Below are positions 9,388-18,519 of a stretch of DNA of 64,000 nt, piece by piece. The DNA comes from Shigella phage vB_SboS_Gloob, in the sequence record OL615011. One strand, given 5' to 3'. Under the pieces are notes generated by a model. That model saw nothing but the letters and a program-made list of their open reading frames with translations, did not search any database and was not told the DNA's origin. The translations under genes were made by a program, and so were the position numbers. Each line of letters begins with the position of its first letter. Position 1 is the stretch's first letter.

Positions 9388-10332
9388 GTGGAAGACTATC
9401 GCAATTTTATCACACAGATGTTACAGCGGGGCTTGTCACGCAAGAACCGCTTCAGAGTGACCATCCCTCTGCCACCAGGGATCTTTGACTCCAATGCCAC
9501 TCTGGCTAATGACGGAAAGGCGTACAGCACCAATTCATCTTTCGGTGACTTGTTTAAGCAGTCAGCCCGTATTGTAAACGCTTTCTTTGGAGGGACAAAC
9601 CAGACTTCCCGTTCCCTTCAGATGATGTGTATGGTTGCCTCATTGCCAGGGGTTGGTATTGACACCACCCCAATGACGAACAACGGCAACCACATCAAGA
9701 TGCCGAACAACAAGTCCAACGTCGACCTCGACCTGTCATTCCTGTTGGCCAATGACTATTACGAGAAATCCGTAATGGACAAGTGGAAGAGTCTGATCTT
9801 TGATCCATACACTACCAAGATGGGCTATTACGAAGACTTCGTCACCGACATCTGCATTGAACAGCTTGATACTGAAGACCAGGTGGTTCACCGCGTCTAC
9901 ATCGTCGAGGCTCATCCGATCAACTTCAGTTCCATCGAGCTGGACAAAGGTGCCACCGATCAGTTCAACCAATACAACATCTCTTTCTCTTACAACAAAG
10001 TGCTCTCGGAGACAGAATATGAAACACGCAGCCTTTCCAGCGATTTTCTTCCTCTCGGTATTGCTGACGCTCTTACCAGTGGTGACTGGGAAACTGCGGC
10101 CTCAAAAGCCGGACAGCTTTATCGGAAAGTCAAAGAAGGAAACTTCACAGGAGAGGCTCTCCTGGCTTACAAACAGCTTGACCAACTTGTAAACAACCTG
10201 GCTGGGATCAGCCTACAGGACTTCGAGCGCATCTCGGTGGGTATCTCTCGTGACATCATGGGCAACGATAACCTGACGGCGGCGGAGAAGACAAACCTGT
10301 TGGGGATATTGCAAGACGTGATGGGCAAATAA
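9388..10332 (+). CDS. baseplate tail-tube initiator/cap protein (gp54/gp48-like)
   Basis: 314 aa, GTG start with GGAG RBS; N-terminal NRFRVTIP resembles tail tube/initiator family; late promoter upstream. Confidence 0.55.
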   Translation: MEDYRNFITQMLQRGLSRKNRFRVTIPLPPGIFDSNATLANDGKAYSTNSSFGDLFKQSARIVNAFFGGTNQTSRSLQMMCMVASLPGVGIDTTPMTNNGNHIKMPNNKSNVDLDLSFLLANDYYEKSVMDKWKSLIFDPYTTKMGYYEDFVTDICIEQLDTEDQVVHRVYIVEAHPINFSSIELDKGATDQFNQYNISFSYNKVLSETEYETRSLSSDFLPLGIADALTSGDWETAASKAGQLYRKVKEGNFTGEALLAYKQLDQLVNNLAGISLQDFERISVGISRDIMGNDNLTAAEKTNLLGILQDVMGK

Positions 10333-10358
10333 AAAGCCCTCCGAAGAGGGCTTGTTCA

Positions 10359-11405
10359 TTAGTTAGACTTGAGGTACTGCTCGAAGTCGTCGATGGAAGC
10401 CGTGTTCTTGGCGTCCGGTGTAGACTGAGACTGAATTTGAGTCTGAGTCTGTGACGGCGCGGCCTGCTGTTGTTTCAGGCTGTCTTGAGCAGTTGGCTGC
10501 TGGTTGACGGGCTGCTGGTGAGCAGTCTGGGTATTAGGGGCATGTGCCATCGTGGCCGCACCACCTTCAACCAGAGGCTGGTCATCAGGGATTGCCAGAA
10601 CTTTACGCAGACGCTTTTCCAGAGAGTCGTAGTCTTTGAAGTTAGCCGGATTGAAGAATTCAAACAGGCTGTGTTCACGAGACCACACGTCTTCCATGTA
10701 GGCTTCGTCGTCGCTCAGTGGAGCCGGAGCAGCCCAACTGACGTTGGAGAAGTTAGCCACCAGACCTTCCCAGTTCCCAAACTTCTTCTGCTCACCAAAG
10801 AGCTTCAGGTTCAGGTTGGCACCTTCCCACAGATCGAACGGATCGAATTTAGGGTCGGTTGGGAACTTAGGATTCTGCGCCTGATCCAGGATTTTCTTGA
10901 TGGCGTTACCAAACTCCAGCAGGAAGACCTTGCCGTTGTTTTCCGGTACGTTGACATCGTTGATCACCAGGATGTTGGCGTAGTATTTGGTGTCAGGCAG
11001 ACGTTTCTTCAGGATGTCCTTCAGCTTTTCGTCGTTCGTTTCTTTCTGCTGCGCCCACAGCGGACGGTCATGGTCGCGCACCGGATCGTCGTTGCCGAAC
11101 GTCTGAGGTGAGTTCTCAATGTACCAACCACCAGGTCCCTGGAACTGATGCTTCATGATCATGGCGCAAGGGGTCAGGATCTGATCTTTATCGATCGTTC
11201 CTTCTTCCTGTGCCTTGATGTCTACCAGTGGGACTGGCAGGAAGCGGATGGTGTTCTCGGAGATGCCATCTTTGTTCCAAGTCCATTTCCAGATGCGAGG
11301 ATCCTTCTGGAAGCCGGACTTCTGGCCTTGCTGTGCAAGACGCGCCTGCATTGCGTCAGCTTGCTGGCCACGGGACGCTTTCAGACGATCGAATAAATTA
11401 CCCAT
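10359..11405 (-). CDS. 32: single-stranded DNA-binding protein gp32
   Basis: 348 aa; N-terminal region with IRFLP motif as in T4 gp32; acidic Gln/Pro-rich C-terminal tail. Confidence 0.85.
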   Translation of the reverse strand: MGNLFDRLKASRGQQADAMQARLAQQGQKSGFQKDPRIWKWTWNKDGISENTIRFLPVPLVDIKAQEEGTIDKDQILTPCAMIMKHQFQGPGGWYIENSPQTFGNDDPVRDHDRPLWAQQKETNDEKLKDILKKRLPDTKYYANILVINDVNVPENNGKVFLLEFGNAIKKILDQAQNPKFPTDPKFDPFDLWEGANLNLKLFGEQKKFGNWEGLVANFSNVSWAAPAPLSDDEAYMEDVWSREHSLFEFFNPANFKDYDSLEKRLRKVLAIPDDQPLVEGGAATMAHAPNTQTAHQQPVNQQPTAQDSLKQQQAAPSQTQTQIQSQSTPDAKNTASIDDFEQYLKSN

Positions 11406-11469
11406 TTCTTAATTCCTCTGTTTCCGCCCCTCAGGGCTATTCTGTTACATGTATTTTCAGTTTTGTTAC

Positions 11470-11487
11470 AAGCGGGGTAATTATACC
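11470..11487 (-). promoter_or_regulatory. hairpin in gp32 5' leader (possible translational operator or upstream terminator)
   Basis: Palindrome CGGGGTA-ATTA-TACCCCG about 65 nt upstream of gp32 start. Confidence 0.3.
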
Positions 11488-11503
11488 CCGATACTACATT
11501 GAT

Positions 11504-11743
11504 TTAACCTTTAAGCACTTGATTTGCTGGGTCAATTTCAATAATGTCGAACACGTCCGAAAACGTCTTCTTGCCTTCCTCGTGGGTATGGTACTCAACG
11601 ACATATGAGCGACCATCAGGGGTAACGTAACGAATACGATCTGTCTGGTCGGCATGCTCGTTCAGGCTACCCACTCGCCAGCGCATTGCGCCAGGAAGAA
11701 ACTCGGCAGCTTTCATTGCGCTGTAAATTGATTCTTTGCTCAT
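11504..11743 (-). CDS. hypothetical protein
   Basis: 79 aa ORF. Confidence 0.4.
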   Translation of the reverse strand: MSKESIYSAMKAAEFLPGAMRWRVGSLNEHADQTDRIRYVTPDGRSYVVEYHTHEEGKKTFSDVFDIIEIDPANQVLKG

Positions 11744-11750
11744 AATAAAC

Positions 11751-11996
11751 CTACACTAATTTCTTGGACTTCAGCGTGTCTTTGATCAGGCGCGCATCGG
11801 AGCACTCAGCTGTCAGTCGCGACAACAACGGTGCTGTAATCATCTTTCTGACTTTGGTTTCGTCTATGTCGTTCTCTTCACAGACAGCAGCCAGAGTCTC
11901 AAGGATACTATCCTTGGTTTGGGCGGCGCGCAGTAGGACAATTTCAGAAAATGATTCTGGTGTCATCACAAGCGCTGGTAGTTTTTCGTCAGACAT
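11751..11996 (-). CDS. hypothetical protein
   Basis: 81 aa ORF. Confidence 0.4.
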   Translation of the reverse strand: MSDEKLPALVMTPESFSEIVLLRAAQTKDSILETLAAVCEENDIDETKVRKMITAPLLSRLTAECSDARLIKDTLKSKKLV

Positions 11997-12234
11997 CGAT
12001 CGTGTTCCCCTTGCCCGAACCCTTCTTTATCGTGCGCAAGACGTCCTTGAAGCCGTCTGGAGCCGATTGTGGTCCCTTCACCCCAGAGACAATCTTGGGA
12101 GCACCCACCACCATTTTAATCTCCCCTCCGCACTCAGTGCAGGGGTTGGATTCAGGCTCATGGCGATCTGCAATAGATTTACGCAGTGACATCGCGCTAC
12201 CACAGCCCTTGCATTGATAATCATACAGCGGCAT
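11989..12234 (-). CDS. zinc-ribbon protein
   Basis: 81 aa; CxxC (CKGCG) and CxxC (CTECGG) pairs. Confidence 0.5.
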   Translation of the reverse strand: MPLYDYQCKGCGSAMSLRKSIADRHEPESNPCTECGGEIKMVVGAPKIVSGVKGPQSAPDGFKDVLRTIKKGSGKGNTIDV

Positions 12235-12532
12235 GGAACACCCCCACAGTTGTCAGTACAAAACGAGCCATAATGATAACCAGCAACGCCACTGTAGAAA
12301 ACACGATACGCTTGATCATTTTGTCACGGATCTGAATGAACTGATATGAGAGGATAGCCTCGGCCTGTTGATCGGCACGAACGTTCGTGTCACGATGTGG
12401 TGACAGTGTGTAGAAGTTGATCTGGTACACATACGCATGAACCAGAGTGAAGAACGACTTCACCCAGACCAAGACAACCACTAACAACAAAGCGAACGTC
12501 AGGAAGTTCGCCAACAACCAGTAATCGACCAT
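12221..12532 (-). CDS. small membrane protein
   Basis: 103 aa; two long hydrophobic segments. Confidence 0.45.
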   Translation of the reverse strand: MVDYWLLANFLTFALLLVVVLVWVKSFFTLVHAYVYQINFYTLSPHRDTNVRADQQAEAILSYQFIQIRDKMIKRIVFSTVALLVIIMARFVLTTVGVFHAAV

Positions 12533-13122
12533 TATACACCTCTGTTGAAGTCTGGATTATTCTCAATGAAGCAAGAGCCACAAGCCATTATCGCAAACGA
12601 ATCCACGAGGTCATCGATTGGCTTGGGATCCTTAACTTCCAACATGTCCATTATACCGCGCATATTAACATTGAACAGCGACTCGAAGTGAGCGATCATG
12701 GCGTGTTTATCCGCGTTGCCCTTGTCGGTGAACATCTTCTTCACATGGGATGGCGTCACGATCTGGAAGTCGAAATTGTTACGGCGCAGGGCTTGCTTCA
12801 ACAGAGAGGTATTCTCTGCGGTCTGGCAGATGTTGTTGGAGTTCTTAGAGTTCCCCATGGCATACCCTTCAAGAGTGATCGCATCCGGCTTCTCGGTCAA
12901 CAGGACAGCCTCAGCCCATTTACAGATGTTATAGAAGCGCTCTTCTGGGGTCTCCCACTTCGGCTGCTTGAGGATCAGGATGTTCTGGCGAATTTGGGAG
13001 CAGTACTTCTCCACGGTGTAATACGCGTAGAAGTTCAGGTGATCAAAATCAAGAGGGTCTTTGTCGTCCCAGATACAGATGGACGGGCAACCGTAGGAGT
13101 AGTCGATTCCGCAATATTTCAT
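12532..13122 (-). CDS. RuvC-like Holliday junction resolvase
   Basis: 196 aa; N-terminal CGIDYSYG (RuvC GIDxG-like), later acidic residues in ITLEGYAMG and DDLVDSFAI. Confidence 0.5.
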   Translation of the reverse strand: MKYCGIDYSYGCPSICIWDDKDPLDFDHLNFYAYYTVEKYCSQIRQNILILKQPKWETPEERFYNICKWAEAVLLTEKPDAITLEGYAMGNSKNSNNICQTAENTSLLKQALRRNNFDFQIVTPSHVKKMFTDKGNADKHAMIAHFESLFNVNMRGIMDMLEVKDPKPIDDLVDSFAIMACGSCFIENNPDFNRGV

Positions 13123-13173
13123 GTAAATAGCCCATAACGAAGTTTCATTGGTGTATGGGCTATTTACGCCGGG

Positions 13174-13665
13174 TTAACGGGTGATGATTTTGCTATCAGG
13201 CAGGATCAGACCAGGGTGGTCCAGGTTCTTCTGCATCTGCTGGATGCTCTGCAGGATCACGGTAGTGTCAATGTGGCGTTTCACTTTGCGTGCCTCATCA
13301 CCATAAGAGACCTGCCCCTGAGGATCGATGTAATGAGCTGACACAACCTGCAGGTCATACCCGCATTTCATCAGGTACTTGGCGATGTTGCTGACTTCCA
13401 GCGACAGGGATTCACCGTCAACACCGATGTTGGCTGAGTAGACGATAGCGCCGTTTTCTGCTGCTGTCGGGTCAAACAACACCATACCAGCGATCGTCTG
13501 GATCAAAGGAACTCCCTCTGTATCGAAAGCCACCTGATCGAACGCACCGATGAACTCATCCGGCACTTTACCTTCGGCATCAGAAACTGTATGTTTCATC
13601 AGGTCCAGGACGTGTTGTTGTACTTCCTCAATCGGAGCACGTTCAACGGGTTTTTCGTTTTGCAT
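13174..13665 (-). CDS. hypothetical protein
   Basis: Likely start MQNEKPV; no recognised motif. Confidence 0.4.
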   Translation of the reverse strand: MQNEKPVERAPIEEVQQHVLDLMKHTVSDAEGKVPDEFIGAFDQVAFDTEGVPLIQTIAGMVLFDPTAAENGAIVYSANIGVDGESLSLEVSNIAKYLMKCGYDLQVVSAHYIDPQGQVSYGDEARKVKRHIDTTVILQSIQQMQKNLDHPGLILPDSKIITR

Positions 13666-14173
13666 TACTTTTCTCCAGTTCATAATCGCGCTCCACAACA
13701 TATTGGTAGACACGCATCTTAATATAGTCGGCACCACCTGCTGAAGACAGCACCCTCCATCCACTACTAAGGACATTCATCTTATATTGACCAACACCCT
13801 CTTGAAAATAACTTTTAATCTGTTCCAGCTTTCGCCCACGATGATAATACGAGATGAGTTCACCGATAACAATACAATCGGGATAATGTTTGTCAAGGGT
13901 ATCAATATTTCGGTGGACGTAGACAGGCAACACGTCTTCATCGTCGATAGGGCTGTAGTACGGGTCTACGATGACCACCTGTAGATCATACGACAATAAA
14001 TCCTTGACGCCCATACGACAGAACTTATAATCTTCGTGCTTCATTGCCACCTGGAGGATATTCTCTTTCTTGGCATAATCGGTCAGGAAGATAAAGAAGT
14101 CTGTGTTGGGATCGGGATATTGTATAGACAGTTCTTTGCCTATTTCACTAAAACAAAATCCGCGCATTTTCAT
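13643..14173 (-). CDS. hypothetical protein
   Basis: 176 aa ORF. Confidence 0.4.
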   Translation of the reverse strand: MKMRGFCFSEIGKELSIQYPDPNTDFFIFLTDYAKKENILQVAMKHEDYKFCRMGVKDLLSYDLQVVIVDPYYSPIDDEDVLPVYVHRNIDTLDKHYPDCIVIGELISYYHRGRKLEQIKSYFQEGVGQYKMNVLSSGWRVLSSAGGADYIKMRVYQYVVERDYELEKSNAKRKTR

Positions 14174-14216
14174 TCCTCGTTATAATTACTCTTACAATAT
14201 ACCGTGGAGATACATT

Positions 14217-15023
14217 ATGAATTTGCCATCATTGCCCAGAACAGAAAAGACATATAAAAGCGACTTTTGGCCTACTGTGATCAAATATCGCGCCTTTACT
14301 GCGGGGCAACAAACTTTATTACTTCAGGTGTCAGATCCGCAAACGCCGATTGAAGAACGCGCGGCCATGATGGAGAGCCTCTTCAGCGAGTGTGTAAATG
14401 CAGGTGCGCCTTTCAGCAAACTGCCAATCGGTGTTGTTGAGGAAGTGTTCATCCGTATGCGCATGATCGCCATCGGCGAATTGATGAAGATTCGCTACAA
14501 GTGCAATAATCAGGTTGAAGAAACGATCGATCTAGGGGATGGTCAAGAAAAGCGCCAGATGGTTCCCTGTGAGCAGGAACTGACTCTACCTATCCCGCTG
14601 AACAATGTAAAATGCATTGCTCAGGACGGCTTCCAGGAGACGTTTGACCTGCCGGGTGGCTATCACCTCAAGATGCGCCAACCTTCCTTCTCGGACGCTA
14701 CGGCGCTGTCTGATGCTGCAAGTGTTGAGATGATGCTGGCCACCTTTATCGACTGCCTGTACGATGATGACGGTCAGGTGTGGAAGGTTGAGAATCCTGA
14801 AGAAATCGGGATCACTCCGGAAGAGGCTACCGAGCGCCGCCGTGTGAAAGAAGCATTTGTTGAGTGGGTGAAGGATAACATCGAATCAGATGTCATCGAC
14901 AGCATTACGAAGAACTTCTTCCACAAAATACCGCGCATCCACTACAAGAGTTCAATCAAGTGTCCGAAGTGTGGTAAGGAACACAAGATCGAATTCAATA
15001 GCATTAATGAAATTTTCATCTAA
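14217..15023 (+). CDS. putative baseplate/virion protein with C-terminal zinc ribbon
   Basis: Start MNLPSLPRT with GGAG RBS; C-terminal CPKCG; immediately upstream of gp5 and gp25. Confidence 0.45.
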   Translation: MNLPSLPRTEKTYKSDFWPTVIKYRAFTAGQQTLLLQVSDPQTPIEERAAMMESLFSECVNAGAPFSKLPIGVVEEVFIRMRMIAIGELMKIRYKCNNQVEETIDLGDGQEKRQMVPCEQELTLPIPLNNVKCIAQDGFQETFDLPGGYHLKMRQPSFSDATALSDAASVEMMLATFIDCLYDDDGQVWKVENPEEIGITPEEATERRRVKEAFVEWVKDNIESDVIDSITKNFFHKIPRIHYKSSIKCPKCGKEHKIEFNSINEIFI

Positions 15024-15172
15024 TGTTTGAAACTGATTTACTATCCTACTTCGTGATGTGTGATGAATTGAAGTTACACGGCTATAGCATATTTGAAATC
15101 AACGAGTCGATGCCGTGGCATCTTGACTTGTTAACCGAAGCCCTCAAGGTCAGGTTGTCTAAGAAACAGTAA
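15023..15172 (+). CDS. small hypothetical protein (49 aa)
   Basis: ATG overlaps upstream stop (TAATG); MFETDLLSYFVMCDEL...; followed directly by terminator. Confidence 0.35.
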   Translation: MFETDLLSYFVMCDELKLHGYSIFEINESMPWHLDLLTEALKVRLSKKQ

Positions 15173-15196
15173 TCCCGCTTCGGCGGGATTTTTATT
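15172..15196 (+). terminator. rho-independent terminator
   Basis: ATCCCGC-TTCG-GCGGGAT hairpin followed by TTTTATT. Confidence 0.6.
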
Positions 15197-15491
15197 GGCT
15201 TAACTGTAAAACAGGTTAACGCGTGCTCTCTTTACCTGAAATTGTTATAATGGGCCTGTTCCTGAGTCATTTGTTGGGGATCGTCTATTTTGAATCAGAT
15301 TGTCAGTAAAATACCATTTTTCAAGGAGTGTTCTGAGGTGTACAGTTATTGCCTCGCTCTTATGCCTCCATGGCATTGGAATGGTGCTGCCTGCATAAGG
15401 CGGTGTGATGAGCGAAGCGAATAGGATCGAATAACAAATAAAATGAACGGAAGCAGAGCTTCCTATAGTATATAAGGCAAAATCCGCTGCG

Positions 15492-15499
15492 CATAAATA
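15492..15499 (+). promoter_or_regulatory. near-consensus late promoter CATAAATA upstream of gp5
   Basis: One mismatch to TATAAATA, 35 nt upstream of gp5 ATG. Confidence 0.3.
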
Positions 15500-15533
15500 C
15501 CTTCAAATCCTTGTTTGACAACCGGAATTCACT

Positions 15534-17141
15534 ATGTTAGACAATATGAGATGGTTTTATGGCACCGTTGAAGATGTCAACGATCCAGACCAAAACGGGC
15601 GCGTCGCCGTCCGCATCTATGGCGTCCACACTGATGACACCGTCCTCCTGCCTACGGATAAACTCCCATGGGCGAAGGTACTGATGCCTGCTTCAAACGC
15701 CTCCTCTGCTGGTTTAGGTTGGTCTCCAACGGGTATCATTCCCGGCACTGAGGTTATGGGGTTCGCCCTTGACGAAGCATACCAGAACCTGCGTATCACT
15801 TGGACTTGGCCTGGGGCAAATCCCACTGATGGGGCAGACACGAATCCACTGGCTCTCGGACAGGTCGTTCAATCGGTAGAACGTCAGGCGTACAACGCCG
15901 TCACTGACGTTCCTGTGAAACAAGAAGACGAACCACAACCAGATCCACAACCACCTGTTGGTGGGTATGATCCTGAAAAATGGATGACCATCGCTCGTGG
16001 TGAGCTGGGTGTCAAGGAGTACGCCGGAAAGTTCAACAACAACCCGCGCATTATAGAATATCACAAGACAACCTCCCTTGGTGCTTCTGAAGATGAAGTG
16101 TCGTGGTGTGCGGCGTTCGTGGGCTGGGTTATGTTGCAGGCTGGATACACGTCTACGCGCTCCGCTCTTGCCCGATCTTACCTTACATGGGGTAGTGCAC
16201 TGTCAGCACCACAATATGGTGCTATCGTAGTCTTCCGGCGCGGTAACAACCCTACATTTGGACACGTGGCGTTTGTACAGAAGTTCGATGCAAACTATGT
16301 CTGGTGTATCGGTGGCAACCAATCCGATTCAGTGAAGGTCAGCCGCTTCAGCCGTTCGTCAGTCCTGGGCTACCGCTGGCCTGGTCCTGCTAACACAGCC
16401 ACAGCCGCGCCTGCGCAGCAGAATGGTAAATGGTCAGAACCTATCCCAGATCGTACTCCAAAGGAACAACCGACTCCGGCTCCTACAGGGCGCGTCCAGG
16501 ATATTGATAACACGGGCGAAACTATGGTTCCGGCAGCGGGTGGCTCCAAGTACCCGTACAACAACGTCATGGCGTCCCGAGCAGGTCACATAATGGAGGT
16601 GGACGACACTCCTGGTGGTGAGCGTCTTCATTGGATGCACATGTCCGGCTCCTACAAACAGATGCTCCCGAACGGCGACGTCGTCAACAAGTCAGTGAAG
16701 GATCATTATGACCTGACCATGTTTGACAAGCGCTATTATGTCGGCGGGGACCACAACCTGACGGTCAAAGGAACTGAAGTTCAGCGCAAGACTGGTGAGG
16801 TCTATCACCTTCACTCCAACAACTACTCAAATGTGGTTGCTGGTACAGCGCTTATGAAGTTCAGCAACCTAGCAGAGATCCAAGCCCAGAATATCCTGCG
16901 CATCATCTGTGAGACTCTGGAAGTTGGTGGAACTCTCAAGGTGCCGAAGATCCTGGCCACTGAGATCATCGCCGACAAACTGTCGGTCGCTCAGACGATT
17001 GATGGCAACATCAAATATGCCGAGGGTGCAGGTCGTGCTTCTTCTCTGTCTGGTGCTACCCCTGCAACCCCATCGGGTCCAGGCGAGATAGATATTAAGG
17101 CAGAATTAAAAGACAATGGTGGTAATTTCGGCACCGAGTAA
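15534..17141 (+). CDS. 5: baseplate hub/cell-puncturing protein gp5 with CHAP/NlpC-P60-type peptidoglycan hydrolase domain
   Basis: 535 aa; N-terminal OB-fold WFYGTVEDVNDPDQNGRVAVRIYGVH as in T4 gp5; central domain with conserved Cys (WCAAFVGW) and His (FGHVAF) instead of a lysozyme domain. Confidence 0.75.
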   Translation: MLDNMRWFYGTVEDVNDPDQNGRVAVRIYGVHTDDTVLLPTDKLPWAKVLMPASNASSAGLGWSPTGIIPGTEVMGFALDEAYQNLRITWTWPGANPTDGADTNPLALGQVVQSVERQAYNAVTDVPVKQEDEPQPDPQPPVGGYDPEKWMTIARGELGVKEYAGKFNNNPRIIEYHKTTSLGASEDEVSWCAAFVGWVMLQAGYTSTRSALARSYLTWGSALSAPQYGAIVVFRRGNNPTFGHVAFVQKFDANYVWCIGGNQSDSVKVSRFSRSSVLGYRWPGPANTATAAPAQQNGKWSEPIPDRTPKEQPTPAPTGRVQDIDNTGETMVPAAGGSKYPYNNVMASRAGHIMEVDDTPGGERLHWMHMSGSYKQMLPNGDVVNKSVKDHYDLTMFDKRYYVGGDHNLTVKGTEVQRKTGEVYHLHSNNYSNVVAGTALMKFSNLAEIQAQNILRIICETLEVGGTLKVPKILATEIIADKLSVAQTIDGNIKYAEGAGRASSLSGATPATPSGPGEIDIKAELKDNGGNFGTE

Positions 17142-17160
17142 AGTCTTGGTATAGTTTAGT

Positions 17161-17190
17161 GGCAGAGGGGCAGCACTTCCCTCTGCCCCT
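17161..17190 (+). other. GC-rich hairpin between gp5 and gp25 (no U-tract)
   Basis: GCAGAGGGG-CAGCACTTC-CCCTCTGC. Confidence 0.3.
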
Positions 17191-17219
17191 TCTAGTCATC
17201 CTGAGAGGGGGTCACGCAA

Positions 17220-17600
17220 ATGAAAGAGTACAAAGATGTCGATCTGAAGTTCGGCATGCACCCGGTGACCAAAGATGTCACCATGAAATCAGGCGTATAC
17301 GCTGTCTTGCAATCTGTGCGGAATATCGTCATGTCTTCAGTCGGGGACTGGCCCACTTATCCTGGGATCGGTGCAGGGTTGTATAATCTCCTTGGAGAGA
17401 ACACCACCCCAACGATTCAGGTAGATGTGAAGAACAAAGTTGAAGATGCTATTGCTCTGTATGAACCGCGAGCCGAGGTAGAAGAAGTCACGGTGAGTCT
17501 GTCAGAGGATTACCATTCTCTGGGCGTGACCATCACATTCTATGTGGTCAACAATCCAGATCCAATAACAGACACCGTGTGGTTGAAAAGGACGAATTAG
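17220..17600 (+). CDS. 25: baseplate wedge protein gp25 (GpW/gp25 family)
   Basis: 126 aa; size and adjacency to gp5. Confidence 0.65.
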   Translation: MKEYKDVDLKFGMHPVTKDVTMKSGVYAVLQSVRNIVMSSVGDWPTYPGIGAGLYNLLGENTTPTIQVDVKNKVEDAIALYEPRAEVEEVTVSLSEDYHSLGVTITFYVVNNPDPITDTVWLKRTN

Positions 17601-17947
17601 AATTTCGTCCTGAATGCCGGAGCCACGACTAACATGAAGTGGCTCAATAACCTGAACATCTCTTTACCGTTGAAGTGGTAGAGGATAATCATCGGTCTGA
17701 CATCAACTACCGAACCATCCAGCTTCTTGTTCAACACAAATCTGGAACCGACACTAACCTTCCCACGCTCTTCGTCTCCTGGTTTGTCGTAGACCACGCA
17801 ACTGGTGGCATAACCGATCTGAGATCCATCCTCAGACCGCAATGGTAGCATGTGCCCTTCAGACATCAGATGATGCAGGTTCTGGTATAAACCTTTGTCT
17901 GGTATGGGCACTGCCAGCTGCATGCTCAGCTCTTTGTAATCTTGCAT
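17597..17947 (-). CDS. hypothetical protein
   Basis: 116 aa ORF convergent with gp25. Confidence 0.4.
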   Translation of the reverse strand: MQDYKELSMQLAVPIPDKGLYQNLHHLMSEGHMLPLRSEDGSQIGYATSCVVYDKPGDEERGKVSVGSRFVLNKKLDGSVVDVRPMIILYHFNGKEMFRLLSHFMLVVAPAFRTKF

Positions 17948-17952
17948 GGCGT

Positions 17953-18486
17953 CTACTCCGTCAGGGTGATCACAACCATATTTAAGACTGTGTCGATAGC
18001 TCGGGCTGTTTCCTCTTCATGGAGGGTTTCGGCGCGGAGGTGAACGTCTGTGATGAAATTGTCGATGTGCATTGACGTCAGGTACGGGCGGTGCTGGCTG
18101 ACCGGACGGTTGATCAGTACATAGTTACGCAGTGTGTTGAAGTCCTGCTGAGAGCACCCTGTGGTATCAATACGCAGGAAGCGTTCATTGTGGCTTGTCT
18201 TCAGTTCAGTTACTTTGCCGAGGTAGACCAGAGGTCCATTGCGACCGATACGGAACATAACATCAACAACAGACTTGAAGATTTCGCGTTCAATCAGTGC
18301 GGTGGGTGACCAGCAGATCTCTTCTTTGTCATCGGCGTACAGGGTGTCGATCACCAGAGGGAGTTGAATGTAACCGAAGTTGTGCAGTGGGTTGGTGAGT
18401 ACTTTGTTTGTCATGATATAGTTCCCGCTTTCAATTTGTGGCGAATGCCAATGAATTACTGGGAAGTATAGGGGAGGGCGTTTCAA
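17953..18486 (-). CDS. hypothetical protein
   Basis: ORF; true start possibly MTNKVLT near 18414. Confidence 0.4.
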   Translation of the reverse strand: MKRPPLYFPVIHWHSPQIESGNYIMTNKVLTNPLHNFGYIQLPLVIDTLYADDKEEICWSPTALIEREIFKSVVDVMFRIGRNGPLVYLGKVTELKTSHNERFLRIDTTGCSQQDFNTLRNYVLINRPVSQHRPYLTSMHIDNFITDVHLRAETLHEEETARAIDTVLNMVVITLTE

Positions 18487-18490
18487 AAGT

Positions 18491-18513
18491 AAAGCCCCTC
18501 ATTGAGGGGCTTT
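18491..18513 (-). terminator. terminator hairpin after glutaredoxin gene
   Basis: AAAGCCCCTC-ATT-GAGGGGCTTT. Confidence 0.45.
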
Positions 18514-18519
18514 GGCTTG

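Noticed and set aside
13643-14173. DNA methyltransferase (VIVDPYY resembles DPPY motif IV)
   Set aside because: Motif is DPYY not DPPY and no FxGxG AdoMet-binding motif in the expected position; left as hypothetical
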